NCBI GenBank assembly: GCA_030141605.1
Contig: JAQGDQ010001281.1
Span: 1-49,797 of the forward strand
DNA length: 49,797 bases
Reading direction: 5' to 3'
Source of the DNA: Tubiluchus corallicola
Lineage: Eukaryota > Animalia > Priapulida
In this document: piece by piece, positions 46,330 through 49,797 of the stretch
Layout: the number at the start of each line of letters is the position of its first letter
Numbering within the stretch: the first letter of the stretch is position 1
Translations under genes and position numbers: made by a program
Notes under the pieces: model-generated
What the model saw: the letters and a program-made list of their open reading frames with translations, nothing else
Databases searched by the model: none
Told to the model about the DNA's origin: nothing

Positions 46330-49300
46330 TTCTCAGGGTTCAAAAAGTTAATTGAACGACATTAACGTCTTATAGGTTGCAAAGTGACACCTTTTCTTTG
46401 TTGTTTGACCTTCTCAGGGTTCAAAAAGTTAATTGAACGTCATTAACGTCTTATAGGTTGCAAAGTGAGACCTTTTCTTTGTTGTTTGACCATTCTGAGG
46501 GTTCAAAACGTTAATTGAACGACATTAACGTCTTACAAGTTACAAAGTGAGACCTTTTCTTTGTTGTTTGACCTTCTCAGGGTTCAAAAAGTTAATTGAA
46601 CGTCATTAACGTCTTATAGGTTGCAAAGTGAGACCTTTTCTTTGTTGTTTGACCATTCTGAGGGTTCAAAACGTTAATTGAACGACATTAACGTCTTACA
46701 AGTTACAAAGTGAGACCTTTTCTTTGTTGTTTGACCTTCTGAGGGTTCAAAAAGTTAATTGAACGTCATTAACGTCTTACAGGTTGCAAAGTGAGACCTT
46801 TTCTTTGTTGTTTGACCCTTCTGAGGGTTCAAAACGTTAATTGAACGACATTAACGTCTTACAAGTTACAAAGTGAGACCTTTTCTTTGTTGTTTGACCT
46901 TCTGAGGGTTCAAAAAGTTAATTGAACGACATTAACGTCTTACAGGTTGCAAAGTGAGACCTTTTCTTTGTTGTTTGACCTTCGCAGGGTTCAAAAAGTT
47001 AATTGAACGTCATTAACGTCTTACAGGTTACAAAATGATACCTTTTCTTTGTTGTTTGGCCCTTCTGAGGGTTCAAAAAGTTAATTGAACGACATTAACG
47101 TCTTACAAGTTGCAAAGTGAGACCTTTTCTTTGTTGTTTGACCCTTCTCAGGGTTCAAAACGTTAATTAAACGACATTAACGTCTTATAGGTTGCAAAGT
47201 GAGACCTTTTCTTTGTTGTTTGACCTTCTGAGGGTTCAAAAAGTTAATTGAACGTCATTAACGTCTTACAGGTTGCAAAGTGACACCTTTTCTTTGTTGT
47301 TTGACCTTCTGAGGGTTCAAAAAGTTAATTGAACGTCATTAACGTCTTATAGGTTGCAAAGTGAGACCTTTTCTTTGTTGTTTGACCTTCTCAGGGTTCA
47401 AAAAGTTAATTGAACGACATTAACGTCTTACAGGTTGCAAAGTGAGACCTTTTCTTTGTTGTTTGACCTTCTCAGGGTTCAAAAAGTTAATTGAACGACA
47501 TTAACGTCTTACAGGTTGCAAAGTGAGACCTTTTCTTTGTTGTTTGACCTTCTGAGGGTTCAAAAAGTTAATTGGACGACATTAACGTCTTACAGGTTGC
47601 AAAGTGAGACCTTTTCTTTGTTGTTTGACCTTCTGAGGGTTCAAAAAGTTAATTGAACGACATTAACGTCTTACAGGTTGCAAAGTGAGACCTTTTCTTT
47701 GTTGTTTGACCTTCTGAGGGTTCAAAAAGTTAATTGAACGACATTAACGTCTTACAGGTTGCAAAGTGAGACCTTTTCTTTGTTGTTTGACCCTTCTGAG
47801 GGTTCAAAAAGTTAATTGAACGACATTAACGTCTTACAGGTTGCAAAGTGAGACCTTTTCTTTGTTGTTTGACCCTTCTGAGGGTTCAAAAAGTTAATTG
47901 AACGACATTAACGTCTTACAGGTTGCAAAGTGACACCTTTTCTTTGTTGTTTGACCTTCTGAGGGTTCAAAAAGTTAATTGAACGTCATTAACGTCTTAC
48001 AGGTTGCAAAGTGAGACCTTTTCTTTGTTGTTTGACCCTTCTGAGGGTTCAAAAAGTTAATTGAACGTCATTAACGTCTTACAGGTTGCAAAGTGACACC
48101 TTTTCTTTGTTGTTTGACCTTCTGAGGGTTCAAAAAGTTAATTGAACGTCATTAACGTCTTACAGGTTGCAAAGTGAGACCTTTTCTTTGTTGTTTGACC
48201 CTTCTGAGGGTTCAAAAAGTTAATTGAACGTCAATAACGTCTTACAGGTTGCAAAGTGAGACCTTTTCTTTGTTGTTTGACCTTCTGAGGGTTCAAAAAG
48301 TTAATTGAACGACATTAACGTCTTACAAGTTACAAAATGAGACCTTTTCTTTGTTGTTTGACCCTTCTGAGGGTTCAAAAAGTTAATTGAACGACAATAA
48401 CGTCTTGCAGGTTGCAAAGTGAGACCTTTTCTTTGTTGTTTGACCTTCTGAGGGTTCAAAAAGTTAATTGAACGACATTAACGTCTTACAAGTTACAAAA
48501 TGAGACCTTTTCTTTGTTGTTTGACCCTTCTGAGGGTTCAAAAAGTTAATTGAACGACAATAACGTCTTACAGGTTGCAAAGTGAGACCTTTTCTTTGTT
48601 GTTTGACCTTCTCAGGGTTCAAAAAGTTAATTGGACGACATTAACGTCTTGCAAGTTACAAAGTGAGACCTTTTCTTTGTTGTTTGACCCTTCTGAGGGT
48701 TCAAAAAGTTAATTGAACGACATTAACGTCTTGCAAGTTGCAAAGTGAGACCTTTTCTTTGTTGTTTGACCTTCTCAGGGTTCAAAAAGTTAATTGGACG
48801 ACATTAACGTCTTGCAAGTTACAAAGTGACACCTTTTCTTTGTTGTTTGACCCTTCTGAGGGTTCAAAAAGTTAACTGAACTACAATAACGTCTTACAGG
48901 TTACAAAATGATACCTTTTCTTTGTTGTTTGACCCTTCTGAGGGTTCAAAAAGTTAATTGAACGACATTAACGTCTTACAAGTTGCAAAGTGAGACCTTT
49001 TCTTTGTTGTTTGACCCTTCTGTGGGTTCAAAAAGTTAATTGAACGACATTAACGTCTTACAAGTTACAAAATGAGACCTTTTCTTTGTTGTTTGACCCT
49101 TCTGAGGGTTCAAAAAGTTAATTGAACGACATTAACGTCTTGCAAGTTGCAAAGTGAGACCTTTTCTTTGTTGTTTGACCTTCTGAGGGTTCAAAAAGTT
49201 AATTGAACGACATTAACGTCTTACAGGTTGCAAAGTGAGACCTTTTCTTTGTTGTTTGACCCTTCTGAGGGTTCAAAAAGTTAATTGAACGACATTAACG

Positions 49301-49797
49301 TCTTACAGGTTGCAAAGTGAGACCTTTTCTTTGTTGTTTGACCCTTCTGAGGGTTCAAAAAGTTAATTGAACGACATTAACGTCTTACAGGTTGCAAAGT
49401 GAGACCTTTTCTTTGTTGTTTGACCCTTCTGAGGGTTCAAAAAGTTAATTGAACGACATTAACGTCTTACAGGTTGCAAAGTGAGACCTTTTCTTTGTTG
49501 TTTGACCTTCTCAGGGTTCAAAAAGTTAATTGGACGACATTAACGTCTTGCAAGTTACAAAGTGAGATCTTTTCTTTGTTGTTTGACCTTCGCAGGGTTC
49601 AAAAAGTTAATTGGACGACATTAACGTCTTGCAAGTTACAAAGTGAGACCTTTTCTTTGTTGTTTGACCCTTCTGAGGGTTCAAAAAGTTAATTGGACGA
49701 CATTAACGTCTTGCAAGTTACAAAGTGAGATCTTTTCTTTGTTGTTTGACCTTCGCAGGGTTCAAAAAGTTCATTGGACGACATTAACGTCTTGCAA
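46330..49797 (+). repeat. 81-82-bp satellite, >40 copies, continues beyond the window
   Basis: Unit TTCTGAGGGTTCAAAAAGTTAATTGAACGACATTAACGTCTTACAGGTTGCAAAGTGAGACCTTTTCTTTGTTGTTTGACC. Confidence 0.98.

Overview
AT-rich, repeat-dense invertebrate-type eukaryotic genomic DNA; no prokaryotic features. Three genes are supported. (1) A hand-assembled plus-strand gene of at least 11 phase-compatible GT-AG exons (8867..31285, about 450 aa, two C-terminal hydrophobic segments). Its family is not recognised, its first exon is unresolved, and it is mostly invisible in the ORF track. (2) A minus-strand class A GPCR (32960..34480) with one frameshift and a 508-bp hAT-like MITE in intracellular loop 3. The single mismatch in the first 23 bp of the MITE's two TIRs gives a GT at one end and an AG at the other, and splicing at them restores the frame (introner-like). 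(3) A divergently oriented NDRG-family gene with a single-exon CDS (36058..37122). The window opens with a ~6-kb foldback element. Its 1.58-kb inverted arms each carry a piggyBac-like MITE and a 90-bp tandem repeat reading LYADDIALIG, like a reverse-transcriptase active site. The rest is MITEs (piggyBac-, Kolobok-, hAT-, pogo-, Harbinger-like), SINE/LINE fragments, a TIR-flanked telomere-like array and many mini/satellites. Most long ORFs in the track are repeat artefacts. Family names for repeats come from terminal motifs only, not from searches.
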